A program made the position numbers and the translations under genes. From Phoronis australis (Eukaryota > Animalia > Phoronida): a stretch of 39,917 nucleotides of DNA. The notes below the pieces were generated by a model, which had not been told where the DNA came from, searched no databases, and saw only the letters and a program-made list of their open reading frames with translations. How positions within the stretch are numbered: the stretch's first letter is position 1; each line of letters opens with the position of its first letter. The DNA lies in NCBI GenBank assembly GCA_002633005.1, contig NMRA01000857.1, positions 16,012 to 55,928 on the forward strand. The letters run 5' to 3'. Shown piece after piece: positions 11,401-22,459 of this stretch.

Positions 11401-14400
11401 CAAAATTTCTGAACATGAATTTATGAAACAATATTAATATAATTCTACTTAATGGAAAGACTGCGTTCTACGTGTTTTTTTTTGTAAAGCTGGTGCAGTC
11501 TTTGTGAGAGACGTTTTAGATAATGAAAATAAACTGTACAGTTGTCTTGAGAAGTGCTTAAAAAGAGATACAAGGTATTGAATTGGGTTCAATTCGATTC
11601 CTTGGTGCCAACCTTAAATACTTGGCCAATCCAAAATGAACTATCTTCCAAGTCCATGGTTTCTTTCACATCAGGTCAAATAAATGCCAAGTGGATTAAA
11701 TATATTTTAGTACTCAATGTGTCATCTATTTCCTGATGTAGAGCACAGACTAGTAGAATCATATACCAGCCAGGAAATAGAGTAGAAATTTATACCCAAC
11801 CCAATAAATTTTGGTAGTAACCCACAGAAATTCTAAATATTATTCCTTGCCTAGAAAAGTGTTTACCATGAGCCGTGATCAAGTTTTGCAACTTCCGCCG
11901 ATCTATGACGCTATACTACTTCGGAGAACAGAACGACCGGAAACCAGGACGCCCCCTACCATTCGTTGACAAAGAACTGTAGAGTACAGTTCGAAATGTT
12001 CGAACTTCTAAATCCTGGTCTCTAAGTAAGTTGATTTTACTTATAAACAAGCATAGGTTAAGTAGAAATTACAAAGAGTAAACAATGCCAGTAAAATATA
12101 CCTTTTTTGCATTAGGATAATGATGTAAAATATTTCAGAAGTTCTATACCATGTACAGTTGACCTGTATACAAATAACAAGCCTGTATATCAAGCCTGTA
12201 TACCAAGCCAGTATACCAAGCCTGTATACCAAGCCTGTATACCAAGCCTGTATACTAAGCCTGTATACCAAGCCTGTATACCAAGCCAGTATACCAAGCC
12301 TGTATACCAAGCCTGTATACCAAGCCTGTATACCAAGCCTGTCAATTACAACAAAACTTGTACAAACTCAAGGATTTCATCACTAAACATTATATGACTT
12401 TATTGTCATTTCAACACGATAGAGCCCGTTTCCAGACAAAAACACCTCGACTACAAATCAGTATCTGGTTGGCATGAGGCTTGCTAATTAGTAACAAGAT
12501 GTAAAGTTCGTGTGGCTGAGGATGCTCATGTTTGTCTTAATATATTCTTATGTTTAATTAGCAGCAGTGTATCCATCATCGACATCCTTATGACTTTCGT
12601 TGAATAAACAAGTATGGACCTACGCGTTACACTGATTTCCATTCAAGTCTCTGATGCAAACAGCTTGCACTGCACGTGTGCCATCGAGTTTGCTGAATTG
12701 CATGTACACAAAATCTTGCTTTTTCAATGTGGGTAATGACAAGTTGAAGTAGCAGAGAAAACAGACGACTGGGAAGATTCCATGTTTGCAAATTTGAAGC
12801 AGAAATATATATTAAATAGACAGCACTGAAAATTCCTAAATTTAATTAAATTACTACTTGTCAGGAAATCACTACGACCAATGGAGATAAGCTGTAGGGG
12901 TGGGGGTCGGTCATGGGTACACACTTTCATGAGTCAAGTGAGTTTGTCTTCCATTGCTTGTAAAATTTTAGACTCTTGATCAATTTTCTCATGGCGACAC
13001 CATTTGAAAGTCAAGGACGATATGTTTGATTACACTAAGTTAACTTTTTCAGATTGAAATACCATGGAATATATATGGAAATACAAACCTATGTGTAAAG
13101 GTGACAAGAATGATAGTTCTCTATGCTTCATCGTGAATCCCTGACATCATAATTAACAAATAAAAACTAACAATGTAGTAAACAGGAAGCTGCTGCATAT
13201 CAAGACATTTCAACTATATGCACAACAGTAAGGTTACATTTAATTTAACTAACCCACCGTATAGACGTTGGCTGACTATATCTCACTTCAGGCCACTCCT
13301 TGCTAATCCCATAGAAGGAGTAAAATGTGGGATCCCAGTCAACTGGTCTCGGAAACTCGGCAGGCTCATCAACAATATCATCAATATGATCATATGCTAA
13401 ATCACATGATTTCAGAATATCTTGAACAGTGCCCAGTACACTGGTGGATAACAGGGATATGTTGACTCGTCGGAAGTTTGTACCTACGTGTAGAAAAGCA
13501 TCTCAGTCAATACAAATTGGATCCACAATAGTATCTAACGACAAACTGAAGCCCAAGTCGAGTTGACAAACATGAAGCTAACTGTCTAGATTTTGAATGA
13601 ATTGATCTGTATTACTTGAGTCAAGTTCACATAATCCATAACTAGTCCATAAACTATATTTCAAAAACTTTCAAGCGCTTTATTAAAACCCCAAAATATC
13701 AAAACAGGATTGGTTAGCATTCACCGAATCAACTCTGTGTAACAGAGTCAACGACTCATGGGACACCTGTGTATTGAGTGAGGGCATTTCTGAACACTGA
13801 ATACATATGGCTTTACGCAGTATTAATGTCAATAATTGTAAGCCGTGTTCCCCAGCAGCCTCTCTACAAGTGTGTGAAGATATTTGAATTCTTAACGCTA
13901 ACTAGGTGTTCCTCCATCCTTATAATCAAGTGGTGAATTGACTCACCAATATAAGTTGCTTGACAATAACTACAATCAAATTTATACACTACATGGGATT
14001 TTAGAGCGAAAGGAATCTTATCCTTAACACCTGTCCAACTAAACTCAAAATCTTGCATGACTTAAATACAAGCTGAACAACTGTTGTTTCGCAAAACCAC
14101 AACGATAATGATTTCATTTTACGATGTGCCATCTTGGAGTAAAAACCCGCATAAGGCACACTGAAATAATGAGTGTTGCTAGGCTTAGGTATTAACAGAG
14201 CTTTGTATGAAAGCGACTCACTCACTCGATCTCTAAGGACACACTCAATCAATTGGCGAGGAAATGAATTCCTAACTAGATCGTTTGCTAACCTCTCAAA
14301 GTTACTATGTAATAAAGCCCAGGTGTTATTAATCTTAAAACATGTCAGCAAGCATTCTTATCAAACCAATCTTTTAAGAAAATGACGTGAAATTGTTGAA

Positions 14401-17400
14401 ATTAGTTAATAACCCAGTAGAAGTACTTGTACGGTACTCTGATGTCACAACTTAGCCAACAATGATGGATGTCATGCTACCGATACATGTCGCTACATTT
14501 TAGAAATTAAAGTTGTTGTTGTTATTCAAACTTTACTTGTGTTCGTCAGTGCGAGACCTTTCATTTAAAGTTACCAAAACTGTTTCTCAACCCCAAAAAT
14601 TGAGGAGAGTAGAAATTATGGAATCACAACAAACATCTCATTAGAGTGACTGTCTTAATACACTGTACCTGTGGCTGTCTTGTTGATATCGCGGACGTAG
14701 AAAGTCACACGTTTTGGCTTAATGTCGCGTTTATTATCATGTAATTGTTGGAGGTGTTCACTAAGCACTTTGAGCGATGTTTCGTTGGTAGCCTGCAACA
14801 GATAAACAATCTATATGAAGTCTTTTATTAAGGGCACAGTGAGAGCATTACTAGCAAGGCCAATTTGTTTGGCCCAATTTCAAATTTTCAAGATGGTCAA
14901 TTTCACAAACACAAGCTTCTTCAATCATTAACACCTATCTGTGCTGGACTTCTTGGCATGAATCATTAAAATAAACCACAGCATAGCAGTGTGAATTTGA
15001 CCACAAGATGATGGCAAAGAATGTTAAAAAGTTGGGAAATCTCGCTGCCAAAAAAACCATCTGTCGTGCTTATTCAATATAAAATAAAAACAGCTAAATC
15101 GCTTTGATCTTGCAATTCGACTGAAAATGAACAAGAAGTCAAACATGGTGCAAACTGCACGTTGTGTTTTCATATCCTAATCTTCCAAAAACTAAAGACG
15201 CACGTTCTTAGCATGCCACAAAGATTTTACTGCAAAATAATAAATTTAATTAAGTACAGAAAAACGTCACCAATTTCAGACAAAAACTAATTGCCAAAAT
15301 GATCATTTTTCAATTTTCAAGGTTTTCTAACATTGTGAGTGCCCAGAAGTTTTCAAATCTTGTGTGATCACCCACAAAGCTTGAGCATGGTTAGGCATTA
15401 ACTGCTGTATTCTATACCAAAAAATGAGAAAACAAAATTTCAGCTCTTGTCCATATTGTGTTCTAAATTGGTGAGACTTTACCACTATGCAACACAATTT
15501 CAATGGTGTGTCTTGTAAAGAAGAAAAAAATCAAATACGACTCAAAATTTTAAACATGGCTTAGAGCTGTTCAAACATGGCTCAAGATTTCACACATAGT
15601 GCACAACACATCACACATAGTGCAGTACCATGTGTGATGTGTTGTGCACCATGCGTGAATACAGGTAGGGAGAACACTGCAGTCTCAACTGACAATCTAA
15701 CATGTCTCATGGTATTCAAGGACTCACCTTCTCCCTGGGGTGTTGTCCAAACAGGTCAGGATGTACACTGAAGAAGAACGGTCTCAAGGCCGTAGCAGTC
15801 ACCTGTCTGAGTGTTGCATATCCACTAGATAACTTTGAAGACATGTAACTGTTAAGTAAATAAAACAAAACAATGTTACGTAAACTGAACTCCTAGGCGT
15901 GTCCATAAAGGCATGCCACAAACACTCCGTTGCTGTCATCACTACCACTGTATAATATACAACATATTCAGAGATGAACACAATCTCAAAACAAAGACTT
16001 AGTCACAAAGAACCACAAAATGAACCATGCAGTACCTGCCCTAAGTACAAGGCGCATCAAATCAAAAGGTTTCCCATGACGGCTGGTAGGGACAATGCAA
16101 TTCTTCACTTAAGGTTAAGAAGGATCCTAGAAGAATTCCAATTTTGGCCAACTTCGGAACATAGATCGTATCTCAGAAACAGATGATCAAATTCATATGA
16201 AAGTTTCAGAGGATATGCTTTATACATTGGTCGGAAATGTTTATAATGTGTTCCACTTCAACAGGAGGGGTTATCAATTGCGGGGGTTGGGAAAGGAGAA
16301 AGTATTTGACTAATAATTTCTGAAAATGGCTAATTTTCAGATGCTTAACCATTTCGGCTAGTACCTTTAAAAGTCTAGCGCGAGCGTAGGGAATCCCTTC
16401 TCAACCACCAAAATCATCAACACCTCAGTGGACATTAGTTATGAATACACGATACACGTATCGTTTCGAAACTTGTGTTACCCAAAATCACATGAACACA
16501 TTTCTCAAAGGCATTTTCAGACTTTGAAAATTATTGTTGCATACCTAAGGAAGTGCCAAAGCATTAGGCATGACACATTCCAATGACATCTAGCTTGTCC
16601 ATTACGCGGTTTAAATGAAAAACAGTCTGAAATGACAATCATTTTCTTACATCATTCTCCCACTTTCAAAACAAAGAAAAGTCATTCAAAGATTTCAAAA
16701 CACTACACTCCTGACGCCTGTATGTGCTATTTGTTAAATTATGGCTTTGGTATAAGTGGCATATTTTGGGAGATGATGAAACTTTTGCCAAAAGAAAATT
16801 CACGGCTTGACCAGCATTAGACAGGGACCACCGTCTCTAGCTGATTATAGATGGCTTAGCTCCTAGGAGCTTCATACGCTGGAAGCTTGTCGGCATATTA
16901 TGCCTCACACTGACTAAAACATCAAAGCCGCATTGTCATAAATACCTTTTCCACATAGAGGGACACCTTAGGAGGCCATCAATGTATTTAATGCCCTCCA
17001 ACTCAAAGAAACACTCCCGTTATCAAACTTCGTCATACCACCTGACGCGCGCAGTGCTAAAAATGGTGAGTTTATGATTTTGGGAATTGAACGAGGGACT
17101 GCTCAAAGAAACAGTTTGATAACGGGAATATTTCTTCGAGTTGGAAGGAATTTTTAATGGCCTCCTAAAGTGTTCCTCTATGCACAAAAGGTATTTATAA
17201 CACAGAGACTTTGATGAGGCATATTTCGCTGAAAAGCATCCGCGTATGAAGCTCCTATAGGAGCTACACTGTCTCTAGTCAGCTAGAGACGGTGGTCACT
17301 TTCTAGACCCGTATACGTCACAACTCATCAAATGCGACCTGGCAGAATTCCTGGGCCATCAAATGGGAACTCAGAGGTCGAGAAACCACGTTGGCAAGAG

Positions 17401-19099
17401 TCAGTTGAAAGTGAACGGACTGAGACACATAAAGTGAAAAACTGGTGAACTCGAGGAGTGTCTGCTAGCACCCAGTCCCAAGATCACACGATCAGCATTT
17501 TTTTAATCCAACACCAACGGCAATCAGGCAAGTTACTAGTATGATTTTTGCCACACAATTCCGACTTATTCCATCAGTGTTCACCATCCTGTACGTACTT
17601 TGAGTGCATGCTCTTATGTGGCGTGGTAAACTTCATGGCAACCTGGGTTTTTACAAGCTGAGATAGTTAAACAACTAAATCTCATTCTGAATCTGTGAGA
17701 ATATGAATGAGACTGGGGTAAGTTATATAATTACGCTGATGACAATACTCTCTTGCAAGCAAACTCCTCTTTATCTGTAGTTCGCCTCAGCCTCAAGGTA
17801 GCTGGGAGTGGGCAGATGGCAATGGATTGGTTCTCCTCTAATGGAATGGCTGTAAACCTTGGTAAATTTAAGTCAATCATCTTTTCTAGGAATCATGTAC
17901 ATAATAATGATAGGTATCTCATGTCTGGTGATACTATGATTAAGTGTGAAGAGTCCGTTAAGCTGCTAGGTGTCCAACTTGACAGCCACGAGCACGTTGA
18001 TGTTATTTGCAAAAAAGCTTCTAGACAGATGAATTACCTTGTTCCGTCTTCGAACTGTTTTAGGCATTCAGTAAGCTTACGTTATATTATGCATTTATAA
18101 GATCCAATTTTAATCACTGCCCCCTCGTTTGGCACCTATGTGGAATACAGAAAAGTAGGAAAATGGAAAAGATACAACACCGTGCTTTAAAATTTGTGTT
18201 CAATGACAGCGAGTCCAGCTACTCACAACTCTTAGTTAAGGCTAGGAGCTGCTCTCTAACTAGTTGGCGGATGAAATGTTTATCTATTGAAGTATTCAAA
18301 AATGTTCATATTATTGGACCCTGTCCTTTGTCAGGAAAGCTTGAATTTAGAGAGTCTGGATACGGTCTCAGAGGTGAAAACTGTCTCTATGTGAAACGCT
18401 TTAATACGATGACTTACGGATGTAACTCAATCTCCCATAAAGGTACTTTGCTGTGGAACTCATTGCCATCAGTAATGAGACAATGTACTACCTTAAATGA
18501 ATTTGCCACTCTTGCTCATGACTTTTTCTCTGAGATCTGCTGTTGTGAAAACTGCTATGGATGCCTACACGCTCCGTAACATGTATGTGTACTTTTGTAT
18601 TTATATCTACGTTTAAGTTCTGTATATTCTCCTTACTGTAGAATTAGCTAGTACTTTAGTTCTGTTCATTTTGTAGATTTTAAATTTGTTGGATAATAGC
18701 ACAATTGTGCTAACGTTTCATATTGTTAAGGCTCACCGACTTTTAAATAAAGATTATTACCACTACTACTACTACTACTAGCAAATCGAGCCCAGACAAC
18801 TTCCTGAGAATTTCAGTTTGCTGGAGTATTATAGGTTACACTCAAAACTGCTAACAAAGTGCCACCACTTCTGGAGTTTTGAACCGTGCAAATCTCGCGA
18901 AAAAACGGTGACACTGTGGTCTGTGGAAGAATCGGATTGGCCTTCATTTCCAACAGACAGCGCTCAATTTCAGAGCCTCTAGTAGAGGCCAATTAGGTCT
19001 CGCGACAAGCGTTGACCTGTGTTGACAGTCCATACATATACTTTTATAGCTTACACTTGGCAGTAGAAACAATTACCTCAGCAAAGCTGTTTTGAACAT
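5251..19099 (-). CDS. TCAIM: TCAIM (T-cell activation inhibitor, mitochondrial; DUF4460/DUF4461), whole spliced CDS of 10 exons, 465 aa
   Basis: Join of 19077-19099, 15728-15848, 14669-14792, 13258-13483, 11122-11228, 9379-9480, 8961-9052, 8006-8235, 6838-6966, 5251-5494 gives 1398 nt, open, all introns GT-AG with matching phases. Diagnostic ALRPFFFSVHPDLFGQHP and VMQNGNMYIPWNW motifs. Confidence 0.92.
5650..5910 (-). mobile_element. Degenerate Helentron/HINE-like fragment
   Basis: GTGTTGAAATGCGC resembles the end at 6178; CCAATTTCAAGAAAATCCGTCAAGG..AAAGATACAGAGG resembles the monomer text at 33798-33842. Confidence 0.5.
6178..6560 (-). mobile_element. 3' part of a Helentron/DINE-1-like (HINE) element
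   Basis: Minus strand ends ATGGGCGCAT (inverted copy of the family 5' subTIR ATGCGCCCA), then hairpin CAACG-CTTCA-CGTTG, then TTCTTT. AATTGCCCCTAGG at 6314 is shared with 33860. Confidence 0.65.
6838..6966 (-). CDS. TCAIM: TCAIM exon 9
   Basis: TTCATTTCAG / GTAGGT; SGSCHVDSSGLFRLPYLHPAQLIVDFISDNAVVAAQTAKDVY; phase 2-2. Confidence 0.85.
7736..7880. repeat. 37-bp minisatellite, about 4 identical copies (TCAIM intron 8)
   Basis: TACTGTAAGTGTCTTCTGCTCCTCTGAGATTGGCTTG starting at 7736, 7773, 7810 and 7847. Confidence 0.95.
8006..8235 (-). CDS. TCAIM: TCAIM exon 8
   Basis: TAAATTTAG / GTATTT; VLSTVEHQLETLKRIPSSEKRLSRILHGVEI...HLNIAIE; phase 0-2. Confidence 0.87.
8549..8953. repeat. 80-bp tandem repeat, about 5 copies (TCAIM intron 7)
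   Basis: CATGACTTTAGGGACCAAATACCCATACTCAATCATTGATC.. at 8549, 8629 (9-bp insertion), 8718, 8798, 8878, partial at 8943. Confidence 0.95.
8961..9052 (-). CDS. TCAIM: TCAIM exon 7
   Basis: GTTTTTCAG / GTGAGT; DRTVVFGAHSGVSVHGELLLSSEEVPQQWWR; phase 1-0. Confidence 0.9.
9379..9480 (-). CDS. TCAIM: TCAIM exon 6
   Basis: TTATTGACAG / GTAGGT; GLADIRWDSGWNTTQFLACLGAFQRMVDVHPCLR (compare vertebrate LSDIRWQRSW); phase 1-1. Confidence 0.9.
11122..11228 (-). CDS. TCAIM: TCAIM exon 5
   Basis: TTTTTCTGTAG / GTGGGT; TWMRTNVPKAIDLQLINKPLLDEADRICNDLCQQL; phase 2-1. Confidence 0.88.
12179..12341. repeat. 13-bp minisatellite (AAGCCTGTATACC), about 12 copies
   Basis: Visible tandem array with AAGCCAGTATACC and single-base variants. 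Confidence 0.95.
13258..13483 (-). CDS. TCAIM: TCAIM exon 4
   Basis: TTTTCTACACGTAG / GTGGGT; GTNFRRVNISLLSTSVLGTVQDILKSCDL...RPVDWDPTFYSFYG...PTSI; phase 1-2. Confidence 0.9.
13736..14450 (-). mobile_element. Decayed Penelope-like retroelement, 3' fragment (RT C-terminus plus GIY-YIG endonuclease)
   Basis: Frameshifted pieces YRTSTSTGLLTNF..KIGLIRML, FKINNTW, VKDKIPFALKSHVVYKFDCSYCQATYIGES..RMEEH and PSLNTQ, typical of PLE ORFs. Confidence 0.85.
14669..14792 (-). CDS. TCAIM: TCAIM exon 3
   Basis: TCTGTTGCAG / GTACAG; ATNETSLKVLSEHLQQLHDNKRDIKPKRVTFYVRDINKTAT; phase 0-1. Confidence 0.92.
15589..15659 (-). repeat. 71-nt inverted repeat (33-bp arms, 5-nt loop) in TCAIM intron 2
   Basis: Arms 15589-15621 and 15627-15659 with 3 differences, all G:U on the minus strand. 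Confidence 0.85.
15728..15848 (-). CDS. TCAIM: TCAIM exon 2 (HPD-containing DUF4460 start)
   Basis: TTACTTAACAG / GTGAGT; YMSSKLSSGYATLRQVTATALRPFFFSVHPDLFGQHPREK. Confidence 0.93.
16818..17305. mobile_element. Foldback MITE with about 200-bp imperfect TIRs, TA-flanked (Tc1/mariner-like)
   Basis: GACCACCGTCTCTAGCTGA..GGAGCTTCATACGC..ATAAATACCTTTT..TTAGGAGGCCAT..CCCGTTATCAAACT is mirrored at 17114-17305; TA at both ends. Confidence 0.85.
17711..18780 (+). mobile_element. 5'-truncated, frameshifted CR1/L2-clade LINE (RT C-terminal half, 3' UTR, (ACT)n tail), antisense in TCAIM intron 1
   Basis: LYNYADDNTL at 17723-17752, WFSSNGMAVNLGK, VKLLGVQLD, MEKIQHRALKFV, LWNSLP; AATAAA then (ACT)n at about 18761-18780. 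Confidence 0.9.
19077..19099 (-). CDS. TCAIM: TCAIM exon 1, coding part (MFKTALL-S)
   Basis: CAAACA-ATG, donor GTAATT, phase 2 matches exon 2; N-terminus lacks acidic residues, as expected of a mitochondrial presequence. An in-frame ATG in exon 2 is an alternative start. Confidence 0.7.
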
Positions 19100-19123
19100 T
19101 GTTTGGGTACTCTACCATCGTGT

Positions 19124-19179
19124 CTCGCTGGTTCCCTGCGTGCCGCTAGGTGGGGCTGAGCACGCAGGGAACCAGCGAG
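19124..19179. mobile_element. 56-bp micro-MITE with perfect 20-bp TIRs and a perfect 9-bp TSD
   Basis: CTCGCTGGTTCCCTGCGTGC / GCACGCAGGGAACCAGCGAG, flanked by CCATCGTGT at 19115-19123 and 19180-19188. Confidence 0.9.
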
Positions 19180-19336
19180 CCATCGTGTGTGTGTACTTTG
19201 AAGCCAAATCATCAGGCGAGAACGTGGGAAGTGTAACATTTCGTTACAACTGCATACATTCATAATTTCAACAACTGCGCCACCTTTGTGTTTGTGCACT
19301 GGGTCGGGAAGCTTTCCATCACGGTTTCCTCTCGCT

Positions 19337-19346
19337 CTTATATATA
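19337..19346 (-). promoter_or_regulatory. Candidate TATA box for TCAIM; GC/CpG-rich patch further upstream (about 19490-19720)
   Basis: TATATATAAG on the minus strand about 240 nt upstream of the ATG; motif and position only. Confidence 0.3.
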
Positions 19347-19897
19347 GTGTACTAGCTCTTATAGAACAATCGATAGGGTGAATGTGCTGCTCACAGATGG
19401 GTAGGCGCTGCTGCATTTTCAGATGAAAGGTAGCCCAGGCCCTATTTTTTCTGCCAGTGTATCACTCATGATACTGCTAGACTGATCTAGGGATCCGGCG
19501 TCGCCAGCGCGGCGCGGCGGCCGGGGGAGGGGTAACCAAAATTTCGGCCGAAGGTAAAATGCCCGAGTCATACCCCGGCGCCGGGCCCGACGATTCTATT
19601 TCTGAGTGCATGCTGAAATGTTTGAAAACAGAAACGTTTCCTTTGCAACAGCGGCGGACGGTCATTTCGCCACCAGAGCATTTCAGTGACTGCAGGCTAG
19701 GTGCGCGATCATGAATCGCGACATGCATGCAGAGATTCACTTATAGCGTCCCTGGGGCAGCATGAGGATCACCAAACTTCAAATTTGATCTCTGCTGTAT
19801 AAAATCTGTTCAGGGAAAATGCCAACAGTTTGCAAGTACTGAACCAAATCGTGTTTTTAATACATATGAAAAAATGTAGTACGTTGAAGTCTGCCCG

Positions 19898-22148
19898 TTG
19901 CTGGTGTAGCATTAAATAATGAACCACTATGAAAAATGACTCCGTGACACTTTTTAATATAAAAAATGACCCCGGTCGCTTTTAATATGGTCTAAATTTG
20001 ATGTGAACTATGATTCCTATAACAGAAATAAATGACAGATTTTTAAGATTAAAAAGCAAAGGACTTCATTTCCTCACCTGTACGTGCATTACTCGGGATT
20101 GCCAAAGGCGTTTTTTTTTCTTGTCTCGCACGTGATATTCCTCTCTCATGGATTTGAAGTCCCCCTGATCTAACACCAGGCACTTTTCGCCGTTTTGTAA
20201 TATCCCAAACCATGTAATATTATTTGCTCGCAAAGAGATTAGCCCCGCTCCCACACATTATTTGAACTAAACCGTTCCTAATTCGCCCCGCGCCTTAATC
20301 TGATATACAACCACGCGCCCCTCAGCCGAGAAAGTTAAAATTCCGCTTCTCTCACGCATGCCTGACCCTCTCCGACTGATTCAATTTTCCCAGATCCAAC
20401 TGACGGAGGGAGCACCACAGTTTTCACTTCTCGATCAGTCACGGACGCTCGCGAACAGACCAGCCTATAGCTCCCACATCATATCCTGGTCTGCACCGAC
20501 GCCACTAATTTCTCTGTCTAAGCATTTTCTGGAAAAGTGAGGCTTGTAGATTTCCCTTGCGAGGCATCAAAAATTCTTCACTCACGCACGTTAATTATTC
20601 CCCTCTCACGGATGCAAATCACCCATCCGCATCTTATTATCGATTGCGTCTCAGTAGACATTTCTATACTGGCAATGATTATTCACTTTGTTTATCGATC
20701 GCACAGAGACCACTAGCTCCTGGGGACCAGCTCGGCTCCCGAACTCTGAATTGGGGTTCCGTCGGGGCCAGCAAACACCCTTCTACTGCACCCTCGCACG
20801 CCGCTCCCTCAAATTGGGCCACCTCGCTAATATATGCGCATGTGTCGGTGCTCAAAATTCTTCTCTCATGCACGATGTTCCCTTCTCACGAAGGCAAATT
20901 CCCCTCTCCACGATCCAGCACAATTGTCGCGTCTAAGTCACGAACATATATTTTTTAGCCATTACTCACAGACAGATCTACCTGCTCCCTTACACTATTC
21001 CTTGCCCGCAAGCACAATGTATCCTATACACTCGCACGCCCTATAATCTTGCGCCACTTCGCTCAATCACCGTCCGAGGCACCAATAAACTTCCCTGCCA
21101 GCGCCCCTCTCAGGCTGCGTAAGATTCTCCTCTAGTGCCCGTTCCATCCCGCACCGGACTTTTAGTCTCTCACGAACATACATGCACAGACCAGACCTGC
21201 TTCCATTGATTGCTTATTGAACAACAGAGATGTCAAACTGAAAGAGATCCCCTTTGAAGAATTGGACAGACTAAATTGGTACATGTACATGTATATGAGT
21301 TGAAATTCGTTCTTTTTGTGGAATAAAGCTAAACGAGTGTCGAAATGCTTCAAATTAATAAAGAAAATGAACTTTTTTATTTTATTCAACTCCGGTAAAA
21401 TTCACTTCAAATCATAACTGTTAGCATCAAATATCCTTTTTGACTAGAACAACCCAGAACTAACTTATAGAACTAACTCGAATTCAAAAGGCGGTGTAAA
21501 AGCGAGAACTCCATCGCAGTTCATACGTTCTCAAGTCTCAACGAGCATAACGTTCAGGCTGTGTAAACTTTGTTCGTCACATAAAAAGATGAATATGTTT
21601 GGTGCACCCCCCCCACCCCCGGTTGACAAATCCTTGACGCACCTCCCCTGGTTGACAAAGGCCCTTATTCTTGCCCCCCCCGTTGGCTCCTCCGTAGCAC
21701 CCTCCCCCTCCCCCACCCTCCTGACCGGTCAATGTGTAATCCGCCCCCCAGGTTAGCAGTCGCCACGTTTCCCCCGGCAGAAGCGTCTGATGCTGATTGA
21801 CTCAGATCACCACTCATCGGTGGTTTTATTCTTCGATAGCTAAGCCCCCATCCCTCCCCCCGGGATGGTCACCCCCAGGCATAAACATCCCCACATCGAA
21901 CATTGTTGAAAGCTCCCTATTTCGGGTATCATGTCTGCTTACCCCCAACCACCTGTAATTGCGGGGGAACCGTTGAATAATGACAGGACAAGTTTTCACG
22001 GACGTTAGGTCATTTTTTCATGGGTTGAAAATTCTTCACATTAAATTTAGACCCCGTGAAAAAAACTACCAGGGGTCATTTTTAATAGTGAAAAAATGAC
22101 TCATGGGTAATTTTTTCAGGGGGTCATTATTTAATGCTACACCGGCAA
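19898..22148. mobile_element. About 2.25-kb non-autonomous DNA transposon with about 115-bp imperfect TIRs
   Basis: TTGCTGGTGTAGCATTAAATAATGA..AAAAATGACCCC..GGTCTAAATTTGATGTGAA is mirrored at 22035-22148; no transposase ORF and no clear TSD. Confidence 0.8.
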
Positions 22149-22459
22149 GCAGTCNAGTGCCACCTGACAGTTAGATAACTGTACAAGTACGACAACAGTA
22201 ACACTATATCTCGTTTGCCATACATCGCCATACCTCAAGAAATTAACTTGAAATAACAATTCCCTCTTTGTTTCAGTTGAGCACTGTTTGACGGGTAGAA
22301 GCTCAGAAGAGGGATCGCACAAAGCTCAAGTCAAAAAATGAAAACCTTGCCGCCGCGACTTTGATTGAATATTTGCCAGTTGGAACTTGTTACAAAATCC
22401 AATACACCGTAAACTGAGTTGAGAGAGCATTCTTTGCTTGTCGGACAGTCGCCTCAGTG

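Noticed and set aside
12041-12386. Repetitive ORFs on both strands (also 7629-8012 and poly-Ile 25841-26068)
   Set aside because: Translations of minisatellites or microsatellites, with no protein homology recognised.
20557-21046. Overlapping 64-133 aa ORFs as a transposase or captured gene
   Set aside because: No recognisable domain; explained by the higher GC content and degenerate internal repeats of the TIR element.
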